Shown here in pieces: positions 12,566 through 23,414 of a stretch of DNA of 64,000 nucleotides; within the stretch, counting starts at the first letter, position 1, and the number at the start of each line of letters is the position of its first letter. The position numbers and the translations under genes are program-made. The notes under the pieces are model-generated. The model was given only the letters and a program-made list of their open reading frames with translations. It was not told where the DNA came from and made no database searches. Source of the stretch: Phyllobates terribilis (lineage: Eukaryota); the NCBI RefSeq assembly GCF_046119375.1, contig NW_027362769.1:179738001-179802000 (forward strand), in the 5' to 3' direction.

Positions 12566-13452
12566 TCATAACAAAAAAAAAAAAAGGTAGTTAAAAATCT
12601 CTGGAAGATCTCAGCATTAGAGATACATGACAGTGTAGTGATCATGGTGGTTGAGGGGTGAAGGAAGGTTTGATTTTTTGGCACATATTTTAGAAGGAAG
12701 GCTTCAGTTTTTGTAATTATTTTATAAAATCTGCAATGGCTGATACCAGGGAGCAATAAGATTTACTGGCCGATATAAAACATTAATGTTTCTGATCATC
12801 TTGTTAACAAATATGGCTGTAAGTTTGGCCTCCATAACGAACTGCGCAATTCTTCTTCTGCACATGGACAAAGCCTGACTATCCCTATAAAGAGATTAAC
12901 AAGAAGTGACAGTTCCCCTTTAAGGCAAGACTTCCCATGTGTCTGCTATGTGAGGCTGCACTATCTATAGACAATGATGAATGTGGCTCCGGGAATTAGC
13001 ATTAATTTCCACCACAGAAGAATGTGACCATCAGGACTAAGATGTGACCCGGGCGGGCGGTGACTTCTGTAGCTTTTGTACCTAGGGCAGCTGGATGACA
13101 TTCACTGGGGAGTGGGGGATGGGACACTAGTGAACACTATGGGTCCGGTCATTGAGATGATAAGGAAGCTGAGGATGGGGCAGATCCGCACCTGTGCTAC
13201 CTAAGTGCAAGGAGGGTGAAGGTCATACAGAAGAGACATTTAATTGTAAGGATGTACTTATGGTATTTTTTTCATGAGTACATGTCCAGGTGTGTGAATC
13301 ACGGATAGAACGTGGACCCATAAAGTCTTCGTTAAAGACTATATGTCCATAAAAAAAAGTTAAGAATCAGAAGTTCATCAGAATTTGATCACTGTTTCAG
13401 TTTACCATAAGAGATCATTCACTTTTGGAAAATAAGTCACTTACTACACTTA

Positions 13453-14012
13453 AAGTTTTATTTCCAAGAACAAATGTTCATTTTAATCAATAGATCTTTG
13501 AATAATAATAACTTCCACAACTGGATGTGTTTAAATAAAATGTTCCTGTGCTGAGATAATCTTATAGATGTGCCCCTGCTGTGTACTGTGTAATGGCTGT
13601 GTCCTGACCCTGCAGGGACATGGTCTGATCATACCACATCTCCTGGGCAGGGGAGGAAGCAAAAGAGTATACAGACAGGACAACAGGGGATCACAGGATG
13701 ATTCTTTCTGTGAGATAAAACATTTCACTGCCTGTTTTTAAACAATATTTTACTTCAAAGAAAGAATCAGCTGTGATCCCCTGTTGTCCTGTCTGTATAC
13801 TCTTTTGCTTCCTCCCCTGCCCAGGAGATGTGGTATGATCAGACCATGTTCCTGCAGGGTCAGACACAGCCATTACACAGTACACAGCAGGGGCACATCT
13901 ATAAGATTATCTCAGCACAGGAACATTTTATTTAAACACATCCAATTGTGGAAATTATTATTATTCCAAGATCTATTGATTAAAATCAACTTTTGTTCTG
14001 GGGAAAATCCCT
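13453..14012. mobile_element. Palindromic TTAA MITE (Kolobok/T2-like), same family as 26560-27141
   Basis: Self-complementary arms, TTAA at 13449-13452 and 14013-14016. Confidence 0.8.
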
Positions 14013-16382
14013 TTAAGTAACATCAGCGCTCTATGACTTTGACTGCGAAAAGGCGCCATTAAAATTGAATGTAAAACCAGCCCCAAGTCCAGGTGCACGC
14101 AGCTGACCGTCATCTCATGTAAAGGTCCATGAAGAGAGGAGAGAAGCCTTTTATTGAATCCATCCTGCCTCCACCTGAGCTCACAAGTGACTGCCGCCTT
14201 TTAAGTTTGACTATTACATAAACAGACGAGTGTGAGCTGCACAATGTGGCAGAGGTGGAAGGATTTCACAGAGGAACAATCAATCGCTGATCCTTCCTTC
14301 CTACACAATTAGCTGAAACACCGGATATACAGAGAACATAAGGATATATCTGCAGGGTCCGGACGACAAGTTATCCCTTTATATGGTCATATTCACACAT
14401 GTAGATTTTTTTGGGGCCATGTTCACATGGGACAGATATGCTGTGGCCTTTGCGTCAGGACATTCCTGGAGGAAAATCCCCTGCATATTATTATAGTGGC
14501 AGCAAGGTGCATAAGATCTTATGAAATCTCATTCACACACTGCGGGAACAATCTGCACATAAATTCACCTGCGGTGGAGATTTTTAATCTGCAGTATATA
14601 AATTCATGCCGCAAAATTTCACTGCAGATTTTGCAATATGCAGTGGGTCAAAACCGCAGCGTTTCCTGCAAAACAAATAACAGGACTGGCTGTGATTTTC
14701 CACGTTTATTTTGTTTGCACAGTATCATTCCCATGTGGGCATACCTTTTAGTGCTGGCTTTGAGGCAAATGAAATGCAATACAATTGAATCAATTTACTT
14801 AAAAAAAAAAAAAAAGCCACTTATGTTGATTTTCAAATGAGCAACATAACAAATGCATCATGGATTTGCAAGGCAAATGGTAAAATCTAAACAAATACGT
14901 TACACATATGGATTTAGCTCCAAATGAAGGACTTTGACGAGTTTCATATGGCTGTATTCTATGCAGATGAATAAAAATTACCTACCGTAAATATAAAAGA
15001 GTTCCCTATAAATATAAAAGTCCTTAAGTCGCCCTCTACTGTCACATTGAAAATTCTGCCAGGAAACATCAGAGTAGGTTAGTTGGGAACCTTACAAGAA
15101 TAACATCATTGCATTGTCACCCTGCTTTGCATCATCACGCCGGAGGCTAGCAATCCAGGATCCTATATGACAACTTTATTGGAGCTCTTATGGGGCTGCA
15201 TGACGAGTTTTTAAGTAACACTCTTTATGGTTTTTACCATTTTTGCAGTACAATGTTCCTCCAGAAACTTCCAGGAGACTCCTTTATGAACCTGAAGCCA
15301 TGCGCGGCAGGTCTGATGATGTGTGTCTGTCTCATTTATCTTGCTAGGGCTTGTAGAGATCTATGCACCTGCTACAAAACACCCCATTCATATAAAGGGA
15401 AGAGATTTTGCAGAAATTACAGCCTCAAATCTGAGCCATGTGATCATCCTCAATCTAAGAAGTGCAGAATTATTTTGATGAATATGAATGATAATTAGAG
15501 ATTATACTGCATTCATGGTGATGAAACAATGGAAAACCAGTCTACAGCTGGGATAATTACCTCAATAATTGCATTTTTTAAGGTTCATTATCACTTTAGT
15601 AGTTGGCAGAGAATTTGAGGCAATGCACAAATTCTATCACACAAGTCTTGCAATGACTTCCTCCTGACCAAATATCAAACAACCTTTCCTATACAGAATA
15701 AAATATTGGAGCCATGATCTCTTAATATTTGGTGTCTGTGGCCTAAAGTGGGGGATGGGGAGAGCTACTGTAGGGCTATATATAATAATAGATAGGAAAT
15801 TCCCTCACTGGGAGGCAGAACAGAGACCTCAGCGGAAAACAGACGACTCCCTATTCTATTCACTGCAATTCTGGTGATTATTTAGGGTGTAATGAGATCT
15901 ATAAAGGCGTCAATGGAAAGAGCTACATGTAGCAAAGATCACTATAATAAACACTGATACAATGTATCACATTTGGATTTAAATATGAACGTTGTTACAA
16001 TGTATCACCCACATTACTGGCCCCATCTCAAGATCTGTGGGTCACTCTCTGCACTGATACATTGTATCCACATTGTGCTGCTCTATAAACATTGTATCAG
16101 TGGAATAGAAATATTTATTGTGCTCACAGTTGCTTCCTTGTATCCCCCCAGCCTGTAATGCGCACAGTGCACTATATGCCCCTATTAACCTCTTCCTCCC
16201 ACAGATATACACTCCAGTAATTTAATTATAAATCCCTCGGTAATTAATGAGGCGGATATTTAATTAGCTGCTTATAAAAGCTTCCTATTCCTCATCCTAC
16301 TAATGGAAGCAATAGTCAGTGCAGTGATCTGCAGCAAAGCTGCTGTACAGGAGACTGAGGAATGGATAGATGTGCTGCTCAC

Positions 16383-16620
16383 CTGGTACCAACTGCAAGG
16401 GGGTCTTATCTGCTGTTCCCTGGGTGATGGTAGGAAGGGAGACCCCCACATATGAGGTAGATCAGGATGTAACAGTGTCCATCCCAGGACTGCTGCTCCC
16501 CTGCACAAAGACCAGAGTGTAGCCCCTCTACAGACATAACCCCGCCCACCAGGCACATCCCTGGGCGGGGCCTGAGCTCTTACACATGACGTCACTCAGG
16601 CACGGCTCAGAGCTGCTGCC
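16383..16620 (-). promoter_or_regulatory. Candidate TMEM169 promoter and non-coding exon 1
   Basis: Minus-strand donor CAG|GTGAGC (GT at 16382-16381); GC boxes at 16540-16548 and 16563-16571; CRE TGACGTCA at 16587-16594. No transcript evidence available. Confidence 0.45.
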
Positions 16621-16701
16621 GGTCATCACTGTTAACTGTTTAGATGATGATGGGAAGCAAGAAAGTGCGAGACCCCCAGAAAGTGTCCTGTCCAGAGTAG
16701 T

Positions 16702-18156
16702 GGGATCTGCGGATAATGCACAGTTATGGGGGATCTGCGGATAATGCACAGTTATGGGGGATCTGCGGATAATGCACAGTTATGGGGGAATCTGCGGATA
16801 ATGCACAGTTATGGGGGATCTGCGGATAATGCACAGTTATGGGGGATCTGCGGATAATGCACAGTTATGGGGGATCTGCGGATAATGCACAGTTATGGGG
16901 GAATCTGCGGATAATGCACAGTTATGGGGGATCTGCGGATAATGCACAGTTATGGGGGATCTGCGGATAATGCACAGTTATGGGGGATCTGCGGATAATG
17001 CACAGTTATGGGGGATCTGCGGATAATGCACAGTTATGGGGGATCTGCGGATAATGCACAGTTATGGGGGATCTGCGGATAATGCACAGTTATGGGGGAT
17101 CTGCGGATAATGCACATTTATGGGGGATCTGCAGATAATGCACAGTTATGGGGGATCTGCAGATAATGCACAGTTATGGGGGATCTGTGGATAATGCACA
17201 GTTATGGGGGATCTGTGGATAATGCACAGTTATGGGGGATCTGTGGATAATGCACAGCTATGGGGGATCTGTGGATAATGCACATTTATGGGGGATCTGC
17301 GGATAATGCACAGTTATGAGGGATCTGCAGATAATGCACAGTTATGGAGGATCTGCAGATAATGCACAGTTATGGGGGATCTGCGGATAATGCACAGCTA
17401 TGAGGGATCTGCAGATAATGCACAGTTATGGAGGATCTGCAGATAATGCACAGTTATGGGGGATCTGCGGATAATGCACAGTTATGGAAGATCTGCAGAT
17501 AATGCACAGTTATGGGGGATCTACGGATAATGCACAGCTATGAGGGATCTGCAGATAATGCACAGTTATGAGGGATCTGCAGATAATGCACAGTTATGGA
17601 GGATCTGCAGATAATGCACAGTTATGGGGGATCAGCAGATAATGCACAGTTATGGGGGATCTGCGGATAATGCACAGTTATGAGGTATCTGCAGATAATG
17701 CACAGTTATGAGGTATCTGCAGATAATGCACAGTTATGAGGGATCTGTAGATAATGCACAGTTTTGGGGGATCTACGGATAATGCACAGTTATGGGGGAT
17801 CTGTGGATAATGCACAGATATGAGGGATCTGTGGATAATGCACAGTTATGGAGGATCTGCAGATAATGCACAGTTTTGGGGGATCTGCGGATAATGCACA
17901 GATATGAGGGATCTGCGGATAATGCACAGTTATGAGGGATCTGCAGATAATGCACAGTTATGGGGGATCTGCAGATAATGCACAGTTATGGGGGATCTGC
18001 GGATAATGCACAGTTACGAGGGATCTGCTGATAATGCACAGTTATGGGGGATCTGCAGATAATGCACAGTTATGGGGGATCTGCAGATAATGCACAGTTA
18101 TGGGGGATCTGCAGATAATGCACAGTTATGGGGGATCTGTGGATAATGCACAGTTA
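16702..18156. repeat. 28-bp minisatellite, ~52 copies (left half)
   Basis: Unit GGGGGATCTGCGGATAATGCACAGTTAT. Confidence 0.97.
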
Positions 18157-18452
18157 GGGTATGTGCACACAGTCTGTATTGGCAGCGCTTTGAACTTAGT
18201 ATACTTTATACTGTGTCCACAGCGCTGCACGCAGGTGAATCTGCATGTATTCATGGAACCATTCACCGCATCCTATACATTGTAGTGATAGAATTTATCT
18301 TGCATAGACCAGCGACTCGTCAAGAGAAACATGCTGCGGTCTGTGAAGACGTGTCGCATGTCGTCTCCGCGGGTGATCCACAGGAGAACGGGAACGCATA
18401 GTGGGCATGGGATTTGTACAAATCCCATCCACTATGCTGTAACATATGGCTG

Positions 18453-19446
18453 TGTGACACCCCAGGGGTCTGGTTGCCACAGTGATAGAGATATTACGTC
18501 TGAGAGCAGGTGGGAGGTCTCTTGGTCAGGGATCCTATGCATGCCACACCTCCTGCCCAGTGCTGGGAGGGGAAGAACTTCCCCTATATAAACCTAGGGC
18601 TGAGGCAGGGTTAGTAAGTAGAGAAGAAGTAGAGACAGAGAAGCAGATATAGGAAAAGAACATCAGGAGCTCTGTGGGAGCAGTGCTACAAGGAGTCAGG
18701 GGCTGGCAGCTGCAGAGCTCGCCCTGACTGAGAAGTTATCACCGGACCCGGAGTCCGAGGCTGTGGGGACTAACTCCTATCCAGCAGCAGAAACCGACCG
18801 GCAGGGGATTGCAGGTCCTCTGGCCCAGAAACCCGAAGGCACGGTCACACGCGTGGGACCAGCACCGCCGTCGTGGAGCGGAAGCTACTAGAAGGCCCCG
18901 AGTCACCGGCCATACGGGTGAGCACCACACGGTACACTCAGGGACGTGGGCTACTTATACCCGCCTCTAGCAAGGTAGCCGGAAGAGTATCGTTAGTTTG
19001 GGAGGCCTACAACTCCGCCTGGCCAGGGGAGATCCCATCTGCTCAAGGACTGACCAGGCCCCAATCGCTAGCCAGTACTCCGGGAGGGTCTATCTTTGTC
19101 ACCAGTAAAGATCCTGAACTACACCGTACCGTCTCCGAGTGGTTCCTGCTACCCCCATCATCCACGTCGGCTGCCCTGAGGCCATACCCCTCCCGTTGGG
19201 GGTTATACTATCACGCTGCACAATCCTACCACCGGCCTCAGCGGTCTGCCCTGCAGCAGCAGCTCCTTAGCTGTACTCAACGGGTGGCGTAGTCGTCCAA
19301 CATCTACCGCTAATACAGCGCCACTTAGTCTGACTCCCTGGGCACGGACCGGATCACCGCCACGAGACTACAACCCTCAAGAGATCCGGCTCCGGGTAAG
19401 CTCCCGCGTGCGCAACGCAGCGCGACACAGGCCCAGGGGCGCGTCA
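18453..19446 (+). repeat. 5' LTR
   Basis: TGTGACACC...GCGCGTCA; TATATAAA at 18585-18592; AGTAAA (possible polyA signal variant) at 19104-19109; 3 substitutions versus the 3' LTR by eye. Confidence 0.97.
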
Positions 19447-19451
19447 ACTTT

Positions 19452-19470
19452 TGGCGTAGTCGGCAGGATT
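19452..19470 (+). promoter_or_regulatory. Primer binding site complementary to the tRNA-Ser 3' end
   Basis: TGGCGTAGTCGGCAGGATT is the reverse complement of the vertebrate tRNA-Ser end AATCCTGCCGACTACGCCA. Confidence 0.9.
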
Positions 19471-19887
19471 TCGTGCCCGCAACCACCGGGTACTGCGTGC
19501 CTGAAAAAGACTGTTCAAACTTACCTGTGGTGAAGATTCCCGCCATCCGGCGCCATCTTCCGCTTCCTTCCCGCCATCGGTGGAGTTTTCCCGCCATCCG
19601 GCGCCATCTTCGGCCTTCTTCCCGCCATACGTGGAGTTTTCCTGCCATTGGACGCCATCTTGAGGACGCCGCGCGGGAAGAAGAGGGGCGTGGACTCCGA
19701 AAGCGCGCGAGAACTGAAGCCCCGCCTCACGTCCGGACGTTGCGTAAGGTCCTGGAAGGAGCCCAGCAGACGCCGACGTCACAGGAGCGCGACGGAAGGT
19801 CCTCAACCCTGACGATCCACTGCGGAGCCGCGGCCTACGGAAGAGGATCATCGCAAGGTAGGCCACGGTCCACTAGGGGGGAGAAGG

Positions 19888-20868
19888 ATGTCGGATACGG
19901 AGGAGAGCTTCACCGCTTCAACCCCCGCCAGCGCCACCGCTGTTGCGGTCATGCCTTTCACCATGCCCTATATCCCGGGGGCAGCCTGGCTACCCCAGTA
20001 CTCAGGGGAGTCACATACCCTGCATGACTTTAGAGAAAAGCTGGATAGCCTCTTCCAGGTGTACCCCCTCACAGAGGAGCAAAAAGTGAGCATCCTGGTG
20101 GCCCAATTAACCGGGGCAGCCCAAAGGGAGGTAAAGTCCTGGCCACCTGGGGGGAGGACTGTCGCAGGGATACTAACCCGGCTGAGGGACACCTTTGATA
20201 CCCGCACCTCAGCCGAGATCAAGCTTAGATTCTACGGGTGCAAACAGCGGGCACATGAGAGTATAAGGGACTATGCCCTGAACCTACAAGAGGCCCTGAG
20301 AGCCATTAAGCAGACCGACCCTGACGGCGTGGGAGACGAGGACAGGCTGTTGACTGAACAATTTATAGAGGGTTTATATTGCAATGCCCACCGAACCCAG
20401 TTGCGGGCAATGGCCTTACAGGACCCTCATCTGGGATTTGCACAGTTCAAGGACAGAGCCATCCGGGTGCTTCGAGAACCGGCACCAGGTGGCGTTGTGA
20501 CCCCCAGACACCCCACTACCACTTACCACCAGGAGGCGGCGCCCTTGTCGGCAGGGCCTGTGGGAGCTGGTGCGCAGGCTTTGAACAATGACCCGGCTCC
20601 AGACCTGCACCATCAGGTCCAAGAGCTAGCTAAAAGCGTTGCTGCGCTAACCCGAACTGTGCAGTCTTTACAGGTTTCCACTCCAGGGAAGATCCAGCTG
20701 GCATCCGGACCGGAGGACATCCCGTGGCGTCGACCAAGGAGGACCCCACCGGCCAGAGGAAGACCCAGCGACCGATACAACGAGGACGGACGACCCATCT
20801 GCCGCCGCTGCAATCAACCCGGACATATGGCAAGGTACTGTCCTTTAAACTGGCACAACCTGGGGTAG
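19888..20868 (+). CDS. gag: Gypsy Gag (326 aa) with CCHC zinc knuckle
   Basis: Intact ORF from ATG; PNMA/capsid-like Q-x-x-x-E-S-I-R-D-Y motif; CRRCNQPGHMARYC. Confidence 0.93.
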   Translation: MSDTEESFTASTPASATAVAVMPFTMPYIPGAAWLPQYSGESHTLHDFREKLDSLFQVYPLTEEQKVSILVAQLTGAAQREVKSWPPGGRTVAGILTRLRDTFDTRTSAEIKLRFYGCKQRAHESIRDYALNLQEALRAIKQTDPDGVGDEDRLLTEQFIEGLYCNAHRTQLRAMALQDPHLGFAQFKDRAIRVLREPAPGGVVTPRHPTTTYHQEAAPLSAGPVGAGAQALNNDPAPDLHHQVQELAKSVAALTRTVQSLQVSTPGKIQLASGPEDIPWRRPRRTPPARGRPSDRYNEDGRPICRRCNQPGHMARYCPLNWHNLG

Positions 20869-23414
20869 AGGGCCAACCCCCAGGAAAAAGATCACCAGGC
20901 CCATCGAACTGGCGCGACAAATATGTGGGAGGACGTCCAGTCTTACCCGTGGTACTGGATGGCATTCCTATGAGTGCCCTACTGGACACCGGGTCACAGG
21001 TCACCACCATCCCGTACGTGCTCTTCAAGCAGTACTGGAATGACTCGGATATCACCCGCTACCCTGACGACGACTTGAGTATCATCGCCAGCAATGGTCA
21101 GCCCGTGCCACAGATTGGATTTAAAGAGGTGACCATTAAAATCGGTAGAGTCGAACTGGCAGCACAGGGACTGATCATTGTAGACATTGACAAACACGAG
21201 AGTCACCCAAAGATAACTCTAGGAACTAATGTAATTGAAAATTGTCTTGCAGAGGTGATTTTCCTTTTACAGCAGGTTGCCAAGAACGCCAGCTCCGGCC
21301 AGCAGCGAGTGCTCCAGAAAGAGATCCGGGCACTGATGCGACGGCAACAGCTAGAACTCTCCGGTGGTGAGATTGGTAGCGTGCGAATGTGTGACCCTTT
21401 CCCTATTGCCATGCCCCCGAAAAGTGAAATGATGATTTGGTGCCGGGCAGCTATTGGTCTGAGAGGTAGAGATTACCAGGCAATGGTAGAACCAGTTTAC
21501 TCAGACAGTAGGCCCACCATTTTGACAGCACGGGGGGTGGTCAATGTACGCCATGGGAGGGTGCCCGTTCGCATAATAAATATCGGGAAGAGGGAAGTGT
21601 ACCTGCCCCGGTATGCCACGCTAGCCAAATTGTATACCATCAATCAAGATTCCATACAGTCCGTAGAACCCTTGCCTCCATCTTCCCCGGAGGAAGGTAA
21701 CGGCTCTCAGAAAACAATGGAGGACTGGTGTCAGCAACTACATTTGGGTACTGACTCCACTCCCTCACACCAGAAACAGGGAGTCTATCGGGTGGTTCAA
21801 GAGTATGAGAGAGTGTTTAGTAAACACCCGTTAGACTTCGGGCGAGTCAAAGGGGTAGAACACCACATCCCCACGGGAGACCATCCTCCCATAAAAGAGA
21901 GGTATCGACCCGTACCCCCTGCACACTACCAACACGCCAAGGGGATGCTTAGAGACATGAAGGAGGCTGGGGTGATCAGGGATAGCTGTAGCCCCTGGGC
22001 AGCTCCACTAGTCTTAGTCAAAAAGAAAGACAACAACATGAGGATGTGTGTAGATTACCGGAAAATCAACCGTATCACACACAAGGATGCGTACCCCTTA
22101 CCAAGGATAGAGGAGTCTTTGGCTGCTTTAAGATCTGCTAACTTCTTCTCTACCTTGGATCTCACTAGTGGGTACTGGCAGGTTCCTGTAGCAGAGGCGG
22201 ACCGGGAGAAGACCGCATTCACCACCCCGATGGGACTTAGCGAGTTTACCTGCATGCCGTTCGGACTCTGCAACGCACCAGGAACCTTCCAACGATTAAT
22301 GGAGTGCTGTCTGGGCCACAGAAACTTCGAGACGGTCCTGCTGTACCTGGACGATGTCATCGTATATTCCAAGACGTATGAGGACCACCTGAAACACCTG
22401 GCGGAAGTGTTCGAAGCTCTGGCAAGCTACGGCCTAAAGGTGAAACCCTCCAAGTGTCACCTCCTGAAACCAAAGGTGCAGTACCTGGGACACGTGGTGA
22501 GCGCTGATGGAGTGGCTCCCGACCCTGATAAGATCACCGCAATTAAGGAATGGCCAAGTCCCTCCAGTGTAAAGGAAGTGCGGCAGTTCCTCGGGTTGGT
22601 AGGCTATTACCGCAGATTCATCCCCGGTTTCACCAAAAAGTCAGCTCCTATGCAGGACCTCCTGATAGGCCAGTCCCGGAAGGCCAAGAACCAGAAGCCA
22701 CCCTTCAGATGGGAGAAGTTAGAAGAAGAGTCCTTCCGCCAGCTGAAGATGGCCCTCACGGGGGATGAAATCCTGGCGTACCCTGATTACAGCCAGCCCT
22801 TTATCCTTTACACCGACGCAAGTAACATCGGGCTAGGAGCCGTGCTGTCCCAGATCCAGCAGGGGAAAGAACGAGTAATCGCTTACGCCAGCCGAAAACT
22901 GCGACCCACCGAGAGAAACCCTGAGAATTACAGCTCATTTAAGCTAGAGTTCCTGGCAGTGGTGTGGGCAGTCACCGAACGCTTTAAGCACTACCTCGCT
23001 TCCTCCCGGTTCACCGTGTACACGGATAACAACCCGTTGACACACCTGGACACAGCAAGACTCGGTGCCCTAGAGCAGAGATGGATGGCCCGTCTGTCCA
23101 ACTACGAGTTCACAATCAAATACCGGGCAGGACGCTCCAATACCAACGCGGACGCCCTGTCCAGGATGCCAAACCTACCGGACGTAGGAGAAGATCCAGA
23201 GGGACTGGAAGAAGTCGAACTCCCCGCGTTCCACCGTCATGGGACTATCCAGTATTCCCACCGGGTAAGGAGTAAGCAAGCTGCTACGTTTAATCCCTTG
23301 CCTCACTACAACTGGGCGGAAACGCAAGACAGTGACCCTGCCGTCCGACTGGTGAAGGAGATGCTGACTCGGCCAGAGGCTCGCCTTGACCCAGACGCTC
23401 CGGAGGAAGCCTAG
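20844..23414 (+). CDS. pol: Gypsy Pol, protease-RT-RNase H portion (-1 frame relative to gag)
   Basis: ALLDTGSQ protease; LDLTSGYWQ, MPFGLCNAPGTFQR and YLDD RT motifs; TDAS and TDNNPL RNase H motifs; ends at in-frame TAG 23412-23414. Confidence 0.95.
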   Translation, partial: FKLAQPGVEGQPPGKRSPGPSNWRDKYVGGRPVLPVVLDGIPMSALLDTGSQVTTIPYVLFKQYWNDSDITRYPDDDLSIIASNGQPVPQIGFKEVTIKIGRVELAAQGLIIVDIDKHESHPKITLGTNVIENCLAEVIFLLQQVAKNASSGQQRVLQKEIRALMRRQQLELSGGEIGSVRMCDPFPIAMPPKSEMMIWCRAAIGLRGRDYQAMVEPVYSDSRPTILTARGVVNVRHGRVPVRIINIGKREVYLPRYATLAKLYTINQDSIQSVEPLPPSSPEEGNGSQKTMEDWCQQLHLGTDSTPSHQKQGVYRVVQEYERVFSKHPLDFGRVKGVEHHIPTGDHPPIKERYRPVPPAHYQHAKGMLRDMKEAGVIRDSCSPWAAPLVLVKKKDNNMRMCVDYRKINRITHKDAYPLPRIEESLAALRSANFFSTLDLTSGYWQVPVAEADREKTAFTTPMGLSEFTCMPFGLCNAPGTFQRLMECCLGHRNFETVLLYLDDVIVYSKTYEDHLKHLAEVFEALASYGLKVKPSKCHLLKPKVQYLGHVVSADGVAPDPDKITAIKEWPSPSSVKEVRQFLGLVGYYRRFIPGFTKKSAPMQDLLIGQSRKAKNQKPPFRWEKLEEESFRQLKMALTGDEILAYPDYSQPFILYTDASNIGLGAVLSQIQQGKERVIAYASRKLRPTERNPENYSSFKLEFLAVVWAVTERFKHYLASSRFTVYTDNNPLTHLDTARLGALEQRWMARLSNYEFTIKYRAGRSNTNADALSRMPNLPDVGEDPEGLEEVELPAFHRHGTIQYSHRVRSKQAATFNPLPHYNWAETQDSDPAVRLVKEMLTRPEARLDPDAPEEA

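Noticed and set aside
18873-19292. 139-aa ORF present in both LTRs
   Set aside because: Starts at GTG, no recognisable domain, identical only because the LTRs are young
19452-19470. tRNA gene
   Set aside because: Only a 19-nt complement of a tRNA 3' end (PBS); no cloverleaf
19444-20027. Leader ORFs (184 aa plus, 140 aa minus) as accessory or antisense genes
   Set aside because: Non-ATG starts, driven by the GC-rich 51-bp repeats; no domain evidence. Family-wide conservation would be needed
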